A stretch of DNA of 64,000 nucleotides from a phage: the sequence record OZ335958.1; one strand, 5' to 3'. The notes under the pieces were generated by a model. The model did not search any database, had not been told where the DNA came from, and saw nothing but the letters and a program-made list of their open reading frames with translations. This document shows, one piece after another, positions 47,174 through 57,291 of the stretch. Numbering within the stretch: the first letter of the stretch is position 1; each line of letters starts with the position of its first letter. The position numbers and the translations under genes were made by a program.

Positions 47174-47176
47174 TTT

Positions 47177-47467
47177 TCACCACGCTGCGTTAATGTAAGT
47201 ATATTTAATACATTCAAGACCCAAAGGATTCTTGAAAATATCATATTCAAGAGGACCTTTTTCTGTTTCAATAAAGAAATCAAAATTTACTGTATTAAAT
47301 TTACGTTCTTCCTTCACTAATTTAACTTGAGAAGATGAACGGTCAATGTAAACCTTTTCAACTTCAAAACATGTTAAAATGCCATAATCATCAATCAAAG
47401 CTTTAGCCGCGTCTTGATCATATTTATATCCATTTTCAATGGATGATACTTTCGCATAAAGAATCAT
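47177..47467 (-). CDS. hypothetical protein
   Basis: 96-aa ORF. Confidence 0.4.
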   Translation of the reverse strand: MILYAKVSSIENGYKYDQDAAKALIDDYGILTCFEVEKVYIDRSSSQVKLVKEERKFNTVNFDFFIETEKGPLEYDIFKNPLGLECIKYTYINAAW

Positions 47468-47469
47468 TA

Positions 47470-47868
47470 TCAGCCTTCATCAACAATAGTGTGAGTATTG
47501 GCATTTACGATTTGCCACCAATCAAAGCGATTAGAATCCATCGGTTTGTTTTCATTTTCTTTGATAATGTCACGGAGTTCATCTTCAGAGAATGCTTTAG
47601 CAATTAAATCGGTATACCCACCACGGGGATAATAATTATCACCTGCAAACAAAAGGAAATTTACCTTCCCGGAAGGAACATATGCTTCCTTAGGATACTT
47701 GTTTCCTGCGTGGTCAACCACTTCAATATAACGGTAAGGAATATCGGTTCTTTCAACCCATTGCCATGCCGCTGCAGGGGAATCGAAAGCATCTACACCT
47801 AAACGATTATCTTCATCTTTAGACGGATTATTTTCGTAATCCGCATATACATAATATTCAACGTTCAT
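47470..47868 (-). CDS. hypothetical protein
   Basis: 132-aa acidic ORF. Confidence 0.45.
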   Translation of the reverse strand: MNVEYYVYADYENNPSKDEDNRLGVDAFDSPAAAWQWVERTDIPYRYIEVVDHAGNKYPKEAYVPSGKVNFLLFAGDNYYPRGGYTDLIAKAFSEDELRDIIKENENKPMDSNRFDWWQIVNANTHTIVDEG

Positions 47869-48056
47869 TATTCACCTTTAGAAATTTTATCCATAACAAT
47901 AGCAATTAAACCAATTAAAAATGCTACTACAAGTGAAAAAACATTTTCTGCCGTAGTCAATAATCCGCATATAAATCCAACAAACATTGAAAAACTGAAA
48001 GCGGAAGCAGAAATTGCAATAGCAACATTTCGAATTAATTCACAACGTTTCATTTT
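47868..48056 (-). CDS. small membrane protein
   Basis: Internal ATG (MKRCELIRNVAIAISASAF..., 62 aa) downstream of promoter; track ORF extends to 48194 through promoter DNA. Confidence 0.4.
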   Translation of the reverse strand, partial: KMKRCELIRNVAIAISASAFSFSMFVGFICGLLTTAENVFSLVVAFLIGLIAIVMDKISKGE

Positions 48057-48080
48057 ATTCTCCTCAGTAGTTGATAGGGT

Positions 48081-48110
48081 AATAGTATCACTACCCCATC
48101 TAAAAGTAAA
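48081..48110 (-). promoter_or_regulatory. T4 early-type promoter (GTAAAT variant)
   Basis: Minus-strand ATTTAC (48110..48105), 18 bp, TACTAT (48086..48081). Confidence 0.4.
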
Positions 48111-48111
48111 T

Positions 48112-48345
48112 TTATTTTTTACGAAAAATTGATTTATTTTCTGCTGCCCATTTTTCAATAACTGCAGCAGGACCAGTAACAACAATTTTATCACCGTAAT
48201 CTTCTGCGGCGAGTTGACCGAAATTATCTAATGCATCACGAAGAACTCCATGAGGCATTTCACCCATTTTATCTTTCTTGCCGGTGTAAATAAACTCAAC
48301 TTTTACATCAGAAGATTCAGCGATAAATTCTTGATAAGTTTTCAT
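48112..48345 (-). CDS. internal-protein-like small protein (IPI position)
   Basis: ATG at 48345 gives MKTYQEFIAESSDV... (77 aa), exact capsid-targeting N-terminus; body unlike T4 IPI as recalled. Confidence 0.55.
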   Translation of the reverse strand: MKTYQEFIAESSDVKVEFIYTGKKDKMGEMPHGVLRDALDNFGQLAAEDYGDKIVVTGPAAVIEKWAAENKSIFRKK

Positions 48346-48382
48346 TTTAGTTTCCATTCGATTGTTTTGTTTTGATAGGGTA

Positions 48383-48412
48383 ATAGTATCACAACTAAAA
48401 CCCTATGTAAAC
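48383..48412 (-). promoter_or_regulatory. T4 early-type promoter
   Basis: Minus-strand GTTTAC (48412..48407), 18 bp, TACTAT (48388..48383); 7-bp inverted repeat flanks the -10. Confidence 0.5.
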
Positions 48413-48424
48413 AACTTTGTGAAA

Positions 48425-48682
48425 TTATTTTAAATCTTCTAATCGTTTCTTCATCTTAGAACCATTTTTAGCAATTTCTCCTGCATCGGAGCATAATGCT
48501 AAAAGTGCTTTAACTTTCGTTTGGTCTCCTTTAAAAGATGAAGGATCTACTGCAGCAGCAAGTTCTTTAATACGAGAGAAAAGACGCTCAGCTTCAGCTA
48601 AAGCCATTCCAAGCTTTACTTCCATACCGTGGGAAGATTCAGTGATAGTAGTTTTTGCAGCAAACTCTTTGAAAGTTTTCAT
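48425..48682 (-). CDS. internal-protein-like small protein
   Basis: 85 aa, N-terminus MKTFKEFAAKTTITES (targeting-sequence-like), helical Ala/Lys-rich body. Confidence 0.45.
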   Translation of the reverse strand: MKTFKEFAAKTTITESSHGMEVKLGMALAEAERLFSRIKELAAAVDPSSFKGDQTKVKALLALCSDAGEIAKNGSKMKKRLEDLK

Positions 48683-48702
48683 TTTATTTTCCTAATTAAT
48701 TT

Positions 48703-48742
48703 TGATGAGGTAATAGTATCACTACCTCATCAGCATGTAAAC
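48703..48742 (-). promoter_or_regulatory. early-type promoter with 10-bp perfect inverted repeat around the -10
   Basis: Arms TGATGAGGTA (48703..48712) and TACCTCATCA (48724..48733); TACTAT at 48718..48713; GTTTAC at 48742..48737. Confidence 0.5.
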
Positions 48743-48754
48743 AACTTTGTGAAA

Positions 48755-49439
<685 letters not shown>

Positions 49440-49440
<1 letters not shown>

Positions 49441-50165
49441 TATAGTACCTTTAGTGTATTTTTAATTTTAGAAAAAAGTTCTTCAAGAGAACCATCGTTT
49501 GTAATTACTAAATCGCCATCACGAATTGGCAATCCAGCTTCTGTAATATGAGTATCATTGGATTTTTGACCAGGACGAACTACATGAATTACTGTAGCAC
49601 CCATCGCCCTAGCCGCATCCATTTCATGATCTTGACGAGTATCAGGAACGATATAATAATCATAACCTGAGTTAAATTTATCAAGATAATCTAAAGCAAA
49701 TAATTTTACCCAATACATGCGGTCGAAGTTATTAACAATCAAATCCGTACCTAGGGCTTGCATCAGACGACGGATTGACCATTGATCTTCAATATTATTT
49801 ATAACGTCAGCAATCTTGTTAAATGCTACGAAATTAACTGATTCTTTTCCTTCGTCATCAAAAACAAACACACCTTTAATTGGGCTTTTACTATTAAGAT
49901 AGCAAAATGCTTGTTCCATAATCGTAATTACTTCTAATTTAGTCAGATTTAAATTAGTCTCACGATCATAGTCAATTCCTTCAAACTCTCTACGAGTTAA
50001 GCAAGGATAGTCAGTGTTTGCTGCAAATACAGACCATGCATAAGCCAATGCATCCTTAATAGGACCAGCAAGTTGATATTTAACTGCAGAATAATTATTC
50101 ATGATAAAATCTGCAGTAGTATCTTTTCCACTACGCTTTACACCACTTAAAAAGATTAGTTTCAT
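49440..50165 (-). CDS. 1: deoxynucleoside monophosphate kinase
   Basis: 241 aa, P-loop GVKRSGKDT; T4 gp1 length and position. Confidence 0.85.
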
Positions 50166-50214
50166 ATGTTTCTCCTCAAATTTAGTTAAGATTATAACAC
50201 ATGAAACTGAAGCA

Positions 50215-50745
50215 TTAAACTTCTGCTATAATTTTACCATCTTTTTCTACTTGAAAATACGTATAAGGAATCGTTGCTGTGCATACTAAAGCTGGGTCTG
50301 AATCTTCCGTGTAGCTGAATTCTACTTCAGATAGGTCAGAAACCCAGGGCTTATAAAAATTTATTGACATCACGATTTCAGTTTTACTATTATCTAAAAT
50401 GTAAAGCGTAATGTATTCAGGACCTGTTTTTTGGGCAGTATTTTCACCTGTAAGATAGTTACTAGTTCCTAGCATCCATTCATACATTCCTATCCACGAC
50501 TTAAGCTCTTCATCAACTATAAATCTCACGATGAGTGGATCGTACTCAAATGTAACTCCTGGACGTTGTGCTCTACCTAGTCCAAACGGCCCAGTCACGG
50601 TATCAGTAACAGGTATCCTAATTCCTGGAATAGGAACTGACTGAGCATTTAAAGTAAAAGCAGATGTAGTATTACTATGCGGTATTGATACTACAAAGTT
50701 AGTTGTATTTGCTTGGTTAAAAATTTGTTGTAGTGCTTGCGACAT
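50215..50745 (-). CDS. 3: tail completion / sheath stabiliser protein
   Basis: Internal ATG at 50745 gives 176 aa (MSQALQQIFNQ...), the T4 gp3 length. Confidence 0.75.
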   Translation of the reverse strand: MSQALQQIFNQANTTNFVVSIPHSNTTSAFTLNAQSVPIPGIRIPVTDTVTGPFGLGRAQRPGVTFEYDPLIVRFIVDEELKSWIGMYEWMLGTSNYLTGENTAQKTGPEYITLYILDNSKTEIVMSINFYKPWVSDLSEVEFSYTEDSDPALVCTATIPYTYFQVEKDGKIIAEV

Positions 50746-50851
50746 ATATTCCTCATAATGCTTCATAAATGTTGGTGGTATAATGGGTCTAAGTCCCTTC
50801 CATTCAATTCCAATTAGAACAAACAATAGAAAAGAATGGAAGATAATAGAA

Positions 50852-51676
50852 TTAGATATTTGACCAGACTTTGTTTGCAGAGAAACGTTTTCCTTTTGAA
50901 ACGAACTGCTGAAGTGGCATTAACACAACGTTCGCCCAGTCTTTCGGGGCGATTTCAACAAGGCTACCCATAATATTACCGGGTATATATGCCTTAATCA
51001 TTTGGTCTGCACCCCTAAATCCTTTCACTTGACTCCAATCAATTTTTAATTTCGTTTTATTAGTAATAGTAGGCGTATTTGAATATTGCTTTAAAAGCTC
51101 TTCTAGAAACTGTTGACGAGCTTTAGGTGGAATATAGTGCAAGTTCAATCCATACATTAAATTGTGTTTACCTAAACCGAGGTAAATTATCAAAGGAAAT
51201 TTATCCCAATAAGGAAGAGTTTCCTTGTGTTTAGCATCATAAGCAAAAGCATATATTCGTCCCGGCTGCGGGCGAACAACTTTGTGTCCTTTTACTTGCT
51301 TGATAGTTTCAGCAAACCACTTTCTGGTTTTATTATTAATTGCTGCGCCTTCATTACGAATTTTATCACGCAATGTTTGCCTGAATGAATTTATCATAAG
51401 CAGTTGTCTTTCTTGCTTATTGAGTTTATTCATTGGTTTTGATTCAAGCTTTTGAATCTTTTCAGCTGTTTTAATTCCTGAAGCATATTTTGACATTGCT
51501 GAAGTAAACGTAGAGTATTTGATTCCTCTTTCTTCGGCAAATTGCTTTCCTGTCATTCCTTTTGCTTTGGCCTTTTTGTATTCAAGACCTATCTGAATCC
51601 ATTTCTTTTCGTTTAATGATTGCTTAACCTTTGGAACTTGGGGAGTGCTTTCATTAATTATTTGAAAAATAGCCAT
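50852..51676 (-). CDS. 2: DNA end protector protein
   Basis: 274-aa basic ORF; T4 gp2 length and position. Confidence 0.8.
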   Translation of the reverse strand: MAIFQIINESTPQVPKVKQSLNEKKWIQIGLEYKKAKAKGMTGKQFAEERGIKYSTFTSAMSKYASGIKTAEKIQKLESKPMNKLNKQERQLLMINSFRQTLRDKIRNEGAAINNKTRKWFAETIKQVKGHKVVRPQPGRIYAFAYDAKHKETLPYWDKFPLIIYLGLGKHNLMYGLNLHYIPPKARQQFLEELLKQYSNTPTITNKTKLKIDWSQVKGFRGADQMIKAYIPGNIMGSLVEIAPKDWANVVLMPLQQFVSKGKRFSANKVWSNI

Positions 51677-52128
51677 TATGCCCCCTTAAAGCCAAGAGCT
51701 CGTAATCCATCTTCTGTTAAAATTCTAAATTTTATTCCACGCTTTTCAGCTAAAGATTGCGCTGCTTTCCATTTGTCAGTATTAACGGAATATGTATAAA
51801 TTTCATTCATAAATCTTTTCTTCGCTGCAGTTGTTAGATGTGCCGGTTTAACTGGTGGTTGTGTTTCTTTTTTAGGTTTTATTTCAATAAAAAATTCTTG
51901 TCCAGAAGAATCTTTCATCCAAATATCCATGAAGTATCTACGTTTTTTCCCTTCTGCATTACAAAAATAAGGAATTACTGCTGTTTCACTACCCCATGCA
52001 ATAATTTCTGGATTTTTATCTAACCATTCAAAAAAGAATTTTTCCCAATTTGATCTATACGTAATTTTTTTAGGGTCACCTCTATATTTTGATATATTTT
52101 TAGGAACCCATTTTCCAGAATATGCCAT
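51676..52128 (-). CDS. 4: head completion protein
   Basis: 150-aa ORF; T4 gp4 length and position. Confidence 0.8.
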   Translation of the reverse strand: MAYSGKWVPKNISKYRGDPKKITYRSNWEKFFFEWLDKNPEIIAWGSETAVIPYFCNAEGKKRRYFMDIWMKDSSGQEFFIEIKPKKETQPPVKPAHLTTAAKKRFMNEIYTYSVNTDKWKAAQSLAEKRGIKFRILTEDGLRALGFKGA

Positions 52129-52139
52129 TGGATTCTCCT

Positions 52140-52147
52140 TATAAATA
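52140..52147 (+). promoter_or_regulatory. late promoter TATAAATA for gene 53
   Basis: Plus-strand TATAAATA about 30 nt upstream of gene 53 ATG. Confidence 0.6.
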
Positions 52148-52155
52148 GATAATAT

Positions 52156-52163
52156 ATTTATAA
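52156..52163 (-). promoter_or_regulatory. late promoter TATAAATA for gene 4 (divergent)
   Basis: Minus-strand TATAAATA about 28 nt upstream of gene 4 ATG. Confidence 0.55.
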
Positions 52164-52175
52164 ACAGGAGGGCCC

Positions 52176-52766
52176 ATGCTCTTTACATTTTTTGATCCGA
52201 TTGAATATGCGGCCAAAACGGTGAATAAAAACGCGCCGACTATTCCTATGACAGATATTTTTAGAAACTATAAAGACTATTTCAAACGTGCTCTTGCAGG
52301 ATACCGCTTACGCACTTATTATATTAAAGGTTCACCACGTCCGGAAGAATTAGCAAATGCTATATATGGAAATCCGCAGTTGTATTGGGTTTTATTGATG
52401 TGTAATGATAATTATGATCCGTATTATGGATGGATTACTTCGCAAGAAGCTGCTTATCAAGCATCTATACAAAAATACAAAAACGTAGGTGGAGACCAAA
52501 TAGTATATCATGTGAATGAGAACGGTGAAAAATTTTATAATTTAATATCATACGATGATAATCCATATGTTTGGTATGACAAAGGCGATAAAGCTAGAAA
52601 ATATCCTCAATATGAAGGAGCACTTGCTGCGGTCGATACGTATGAAGCTGCTGTTCTTGAAAATGAAAAACTTCGTCAAATAAAAATAATAGCAAAATCA
52701 GACATCAATTCATTTATGAACGACCTTATACGTATAATGGAGAAATCTTATGGAAATGATAAGTAA
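52176..52766 (+). CDS. 53: baseplate wedge protein
   Basis: 196-aa ORF, T4 gp53 length, first gene of plus-strand baseplate operon. Confidence 0.85.
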   Translation: MLFTFFDPIEYAAKTVNKNAPTIPMTDIFRNYKDYFKRALAGYRLRTYYIKGSPRPEELANAIYGNPQLYWVLLMCNDNYDPYYGWITSQEAAYQASIQKYKNVGGDQIVYHVNENGEKFYNLISYDDNPYVWYDKGDKARKYPQYEGALAAVDTYEAAVLENEKLRQIKIIAKSDINSFMNDLIRIMEKSYGNDK

Positions 52767-54477
52767 TAACCTTAATTGGTTTGTTGGTGTTGTTGAAGAT
52801 AGAATGGACCCATTAAAATTAGGTCGTGTTCGTGTTCGTGTAGTTGGTCTGCATCCACCTCAAAGAGCACAAGGCGACGTAATGGGTATTCCAACTGATA
52901 AATTACCATGGATGTCAGTTATTCAACCTATAACTTCTGCAGCAATGTCTGGAATTGGAGGCTCCGTTACTGGTCCGGTAGAAGGAACTAGAGTCTATGG
53001 TCATTTTTTAGACAAATGGAAAACTAACGGAATTGTCCTTGGCACGTATGGTGGAATAGTTCGCGAAAAACCTAATAGACTTGAAGGATTTTCTGATCCG
53101 ACTGGACAGTATCCTAGACGTCTAGGAAATGATACTAACGTATTAAACCAAGGCGGAGAAGTAGGATATGATTCGTCTTCTAATATTATCCAAGATAGCA
53201 ATCTAGACACTGCGATAAATCCTGATGATAGACCGCTATCAGAAATTCCAACTGATGATAATCCAAATATGTCAATGGCTGAAATGCTTCGCCGCGATGA
53301 AGGATTAAGACTAAAAGTTTATTGGGATACTGAAGGATATCCGACAATTGGTATTGGTCATCTTATCATGAAGCAGCCAGTGCGTGATATGACCCAAATT
53401 AATAAAGTTTTATCAAAACAAGTTGGTCGTGAAATTACCGGAAATCCAGGTTCTATTACAATGGAAGAATCGGTAACTTTATTTGAACGCGATTTGGCTG
53501 ATATGCAACGTGACATTAAATCACATTCTAAAGTTGGCCCAGTTTGGCAAGCAGTTAATCGTTCTCGTCAAATGGCATTAGAAAATATGGCATTTCAGAT
53601 GGGCGTTGGCGGTGTAGCTAAATTTAACACAATGTTAACTGCTATGTTAGCCGGAGATTGGGAAAAGGCATATAAAGCTGGTCGTGATTCATTGTGGTAT
53701 CAACAAACAAAAGGCCGTGCATCTCGTGTTACCATGATTATTCTTACAGGTAATTTGGAATCATACGGTATTGAAGTGAAAACACCGTCTAGGTCTTTGT
53801 CAGCAATGGCTGCTACTGTAGCAAAGTCTTCTGATCCAGCTGACCCTCCTATTCCGAATGATTCGAGAATTTTATTTAAAGAACCTGTTTCTTCATATAA
53901 AGGTGAATATCCGTATGTTCATACAATGGAAACTGAAAGCGGTCATATTCAGGAATTTGATGATACCCCTGGGCAAGAACGATACAGATTAGTTCATCCG
54001 ACTGGAACATATGAGGAAGTATCACCCTCAGGAAGAAGAACAAGAAAAACTGTTGATAATTTGTATGATATAACAAATGCTGATGGTAATTTTTTGGTAG
54101 CCGGTGATAAAAAGACTAACGTCGGTGGGTCAGAAATTTATTACAACATGGATAATCGTCTCCACCAAATAGATGGAAGCAATACAATATTTGTACGTGG
54201 CGATGAAACTAAGACGGTTGAAGGTAATGGAACTATCCTAGTCAAAGGTAATGTTACTATTGTAGTTGAAGGTAATGCTGACATTACAGTTAAAGGAGAT
54301 GCTACCACTTTAGTTGAAGGAAATCAGACTAATACAGTAAATGGAAATCTTTCTTGGAAAGTTGCTGGTACAGTTGATTGGGACGTTGGTGGTGATTGGA
54401 CAGAAAAAATGGCATCTATGAGTTCTATTTCATCTGGTCAATACACAATTGATGGATCGAGGATTGACATTGGCTAA
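52750..54477 (+). CDS. 5: baseplate hub and tail lysozyme (cell-puncturing device)
   Basis: 575-aa ORF; internal lysozyme domain EMLRRDEGLRLKVYWDTEGYPTIGIGHL; C-terminal VxGxxxV beta-helix repeats. Confidence 0.95.
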   Translation: MEMISNNLNWFVGVVEDRMDPLKLGRVRVRVVGLHPPQRAQGDVMGIPTDKLPWMSVIQPITSAAMSGIGGSVTGPVEGTRVYGHFLDKWKTNGIVLGTYGGIVREKPNRLEGFSDPTGQYPRRLGNDTNVLNQGGEVGYDSSSNIIQDSNLDTAINPDDRPLSEIPTDDNPNMSMAEMLRRDEGLRLKVYWDTEGYPTIGIGHLIMKQPVRDMTQINKVLSKQVGREITGNPGSITMEESVTLFERDLADMQRDIKSHSKVGPVWQAVNRSRQMALENMAFQMGVGGVAKFNTMLTAMLAGDWEKAYKAGRDSLWYQQTKGRASRVTMIILTGNLESYGIEVKTPSRSLSAMAATVAKSSDPADPPIPNDSRILFKEPVSSYKGEYPYVHTMETESGHIQEFDDTPGQERYRLVHPTGTYEEVSPSGRRTRKTVDNLYDITNADGNFLVAGDKKTNVGGSEIYYNMDNRLHQIDGSNTIFVRGDETKTVEGNGTILVKGNVTIVVEGNADITVKGDATTLVEGNQTNTVNGNLSWKVAGTVDWDVGGDWTEKMASMSSISSGQYTIDGSRIDIG

Positions 54478-55006
54478 TATACTTCCAATGAGCGCTGATT
54501 TAGGAGAATCCATGGAAGGTTCTTCTATCGACGTCACCTTTACTGCTCAATTAGAAACAGGTGAAACGTTAGTATCTATAAATATAACTAGTTACGAAGA
54601 AACTCCTGGGGTTTTAGTAGAAGAAAATCGTTTATATGGAACGTATGAATCCGTGTTTGGATTCGGAAATGATGCGTTGAAATATCGTTTAGATAATGAA
54701 TTTAAAACCGCTGCTTCATGGGAAGACCTTCCAACTGATTCTAATACTCAGTTATATTTATGGAAAGCTCCTCAGAACCTCCAGAAGACATTCACTTACG
54801 AAGTAACATTAATATATGACTACCAAGAACAAAGTGAATCTGGAGGTTCTGGCAGTAATTCTAGGTCATCTTCTGATACTACTGAACCAACGGATCCTCC
54901 TGCTCCAATAAGAAAAACTCTTGTTAAAAATTACACAAAAACTATAGTTGGAAATTGGAGTCGTTGGGCTAATAAATTGAGAAGCTACGTATATGAGAGG
55001 CAATAA
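54452..55006 (+). CDS. 5.1: baseplate-associated protein
   Basis: Track ORF starts at TTG 54449; ATG at 54452; Ser/Thr-rich C-terminal region. Confidence 0.6.
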   Translation: MDRGLTLANILPMSADLGESMEGSSIDVTFTAQLETGETLVSINITSYEETPGVLVEENRLYGTYESVFGFGNDALKYRLDNEFKTAASWEDLPTDSNTQLYLWKAPQNLQKTFTYEVTLIYDYQEQSESGGSGSNSRSSSDTTEPTDPPAPIRKTLVKNYTKTIVGNWSRWANKLRSYVYERQ

Positions 55007-55300
55007 ATGTCAGGATTAAGTTATGATAAGTGTGTTACTGCTGGCCATGAAGCATGGCCTCCAACAGTTGTGAATGCTACACAAAGTAAAGTATTCACTG
55101 GAGGAATTGCTGTTCTCGTAGCAGGTGATCCAATTACGGAACATACAGAAATTAAAAAGCCATATGAAACACATGGCGGAGTGGCACAACCTAGAACTTC
55201 TAAGGTATATGTCACTGGAAAGAAAGCTGTTCAAATGGCTGATCCAATATCATGCGGTGATACTGTGGCTCAGGCATCATCTAAAGTATTCATTAAATAG
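55007..55300 (+). CDS. 5.4: PAAR-type spike tip protein
   Basis: 97-aa ORF; T4 gp5.4 length and position after gene 5. Confidence 0.75.
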   Translation: MSGLSYDKCVTAGHEAWPPTVVNATQSKVFTGGIAVLVAGDPITEHTEIKKPYETHGGVAQPRTSKVYVTGKKAVQMADPISCGDTVAQASSKVFIK

Positions 55301-55308
55301 GATTTAAA

Positions 55309-57291
55309 ATGGCAAATACCCCTGTAAATTATCAATTAACAAGAACAGCAAATGCTATTCCCGAGATATTCGTCGGGGGTACATTTGCTGAAATAAAACA
55401 AAACCTCATTGAATGGCTTAATGGCCAAAATGAATTTTTGGATTATGATTTTGAAGGCTCAAGATTAAACGTTCTGTGTGACCTTTTGGCTTATAATACA
55501 TTGTACATTCAGCAGTTTGGTAATGCTGCCTTGTATGAAAGCTTTATGCGTACTGCTAATTTGCGTAGTTCAGTAGTTCAAGCTGCACAAGATAATGGAT
55601 ATTTACCTACTTCAAAATCAGCTGCTCAAACTGAAATTATGCTAACTTGCACAGACGCATTGAATAGAAATTACATTACTATTCCTCGCGGTACTCGCTT
55701 TTTAGCATATGCAAAAGATACTTCCGTTAATCCTTATAACTTTGTATCTACTGAAGATGTTATTGCTATTCGCGATAAAAATAACCAATATTTTCCGCGT
55801 TTAAAATTAGCCCAGGGGCGTATAGTAAGAACTGAAATCATTTATGATAAATTAACACCTATTATCATTTATGACAAAAATATAGATAGAAACCAAGTTA
55901 AGCTGTATGTTGATGGAGCAGAATGGATTAACTGGACAAGAAAGTCAATGGTTCATGCTGGTTCTACATCAACAATTTACTACATGCGTGAAACTATTGA
56001 TGGAAATACTGAGTTTTATTTTGGCGAAGGCGAGATTTCTGTTAATGCGGCAGAAGGAGCATTGACTGCTAATTATATTGGAGGTCTTAAACCTACCCAG
56101 AACTCTACGATTGTTATTGAGTACATCAGTACTAACGGTGCAGATGCGAATGGCGCAGTCGGATTTTCATATGCAGATACATTAACAAATATAACTGTCA
56201 TCAACATTAATGAAAATCCAAACGACGACCCAGATTTTGTTGGAGCAGACGGCGGCGGTGACCCAGAAGATATTGAGCGTATTCGCGAATTGGGTACTAT
56301 TAAACGCGAAACCCAACAACGCTGCGTAACTGCGACTGATTATGATACATTCGTTTCAGAGAGATTTGGTTCTATTATTCAAGCAGTTCAGACGTTCACT
56401 GATTCTACAAAACCCGGTTATGCATTTATTGCTGCTAAACCTAAATCAGGTCTGTATTTAACTACTGTACAGCGTGAAGATATTAAAAATTATCTCAAAG
56501 ACTATAATTTAGCTCCTATTACACCATCAATTATTTCTCCTAATTACCTTTTTATTAAGACTAATTTAAAAGTCACATATGCTTTAAATAAGCTGCAAGA
56601 ATCTGAACAGTGGCTTGAAGGTCAAATAATTGATAAAATTGATCGTTATTATACCGAAGACGTAGAAATTTTTAACTCATCTTTCGCTAAATCTAAGATG
56701 TTGACATATGTAGATGATGCAGATCATTCTATCATTGGCTCATCAGCGACAATTCAAATTGTTCGTGAAGTACAAAACTTCTATAAAACGCCTGAAGCAG
56801 GTATTAAATACAATAATCAAATAAAAGACCGTTCTATGGAATCTAATACGTTTTCATTTAATTCTGGACGAAAGGTTGTAAATCCTGATACTGGTTTAGA
56901 AGAAGATGTATTATATGACGTTCGCATAGTATCAACAGACCGAAATTCTAAAGGAATTGGTAAAGTTATTATTGGTCCATTTGCTTCTGGCGATGTTACA
57001 GAAAATAAAAACATTCGTCCATATACAGGCAACGATTTTAATAAATTAGCAAATTCTAGTGGACGCGACAAATACTATGTTATCGGTGAAATAAATTATC
57101 CAGCTGATGTGATTTATTGGAATATCGCTAAAATTAATTTAACATCTGAAAAATTTGAAGTTCAGACTATTGAATTATATTCTGACCCAACCGATGATGT
57201 TATCTTTACTCGCGATGGTTCACTGATTGTATTTGAAAATGACTTACGTCCACAATACTTAACTATCGATTTGGAGCCTATATCACAATGA
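55309..57291 (+). CDS. 6: baseplate wedge protein
   Basis: 660-aa ORF; T4 gp6 length and order. Confidence 0.9.
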   Translation: MANTPVNYQLTRTANAIPEIFVGGTFAEIKQNLIEWLNGQNEFLDYDFEGSRLNVLCDLLAYNTLYIQQFGNAALYESFMRTANLRSSVVQAAQDNGYLPTSKSAAQTEIMLTCTDALNRNYITIPRGTRFLAYAKDTSVNPYNFVSTEDVIAIRDKNNQYFPRLKLAQGRIVRTEIIYDKLTPIIIYDKNIDRNQVKLYVDGAEWINWTRKSMVHAGSTSTIYYMRETIDGNTEFYFGEGEISVNAAEGALTANYIGGLKPTQNSTIVIEYISTNGADANGAVGFSYADTLTNITVININENPNDDPDFVGADGGGDPEDIERIRELGTIKRETQQRCVTATDYDTFVSERFGSIIQAVQTFTDSTKPGYAFIAAKPKSGLYLTTVQREDIKNYLKDYNLAPITPSIISPNYLFIKTNLKVTYALNKLQESEQWLEGQIIDKIDRYYTEDVEIFNSSFAKSKMLTYVDDADHSIIGSSATIQIVREVQNFYKTPEAGIKYNNQIKDRSMESNTFSFNSGRKVVNPDTGLEEDVLYDVRIVSTDRNSKGIGKVIIGPFASGDVTENKNIRPYTGNDFNKLANSSGRDKYYVIGEINYPADVIYWNIAKINLTSEKFEVQTIELYSDPTDDVIFTRDGSLIVFENDLRPQYLTIDLEPISQ

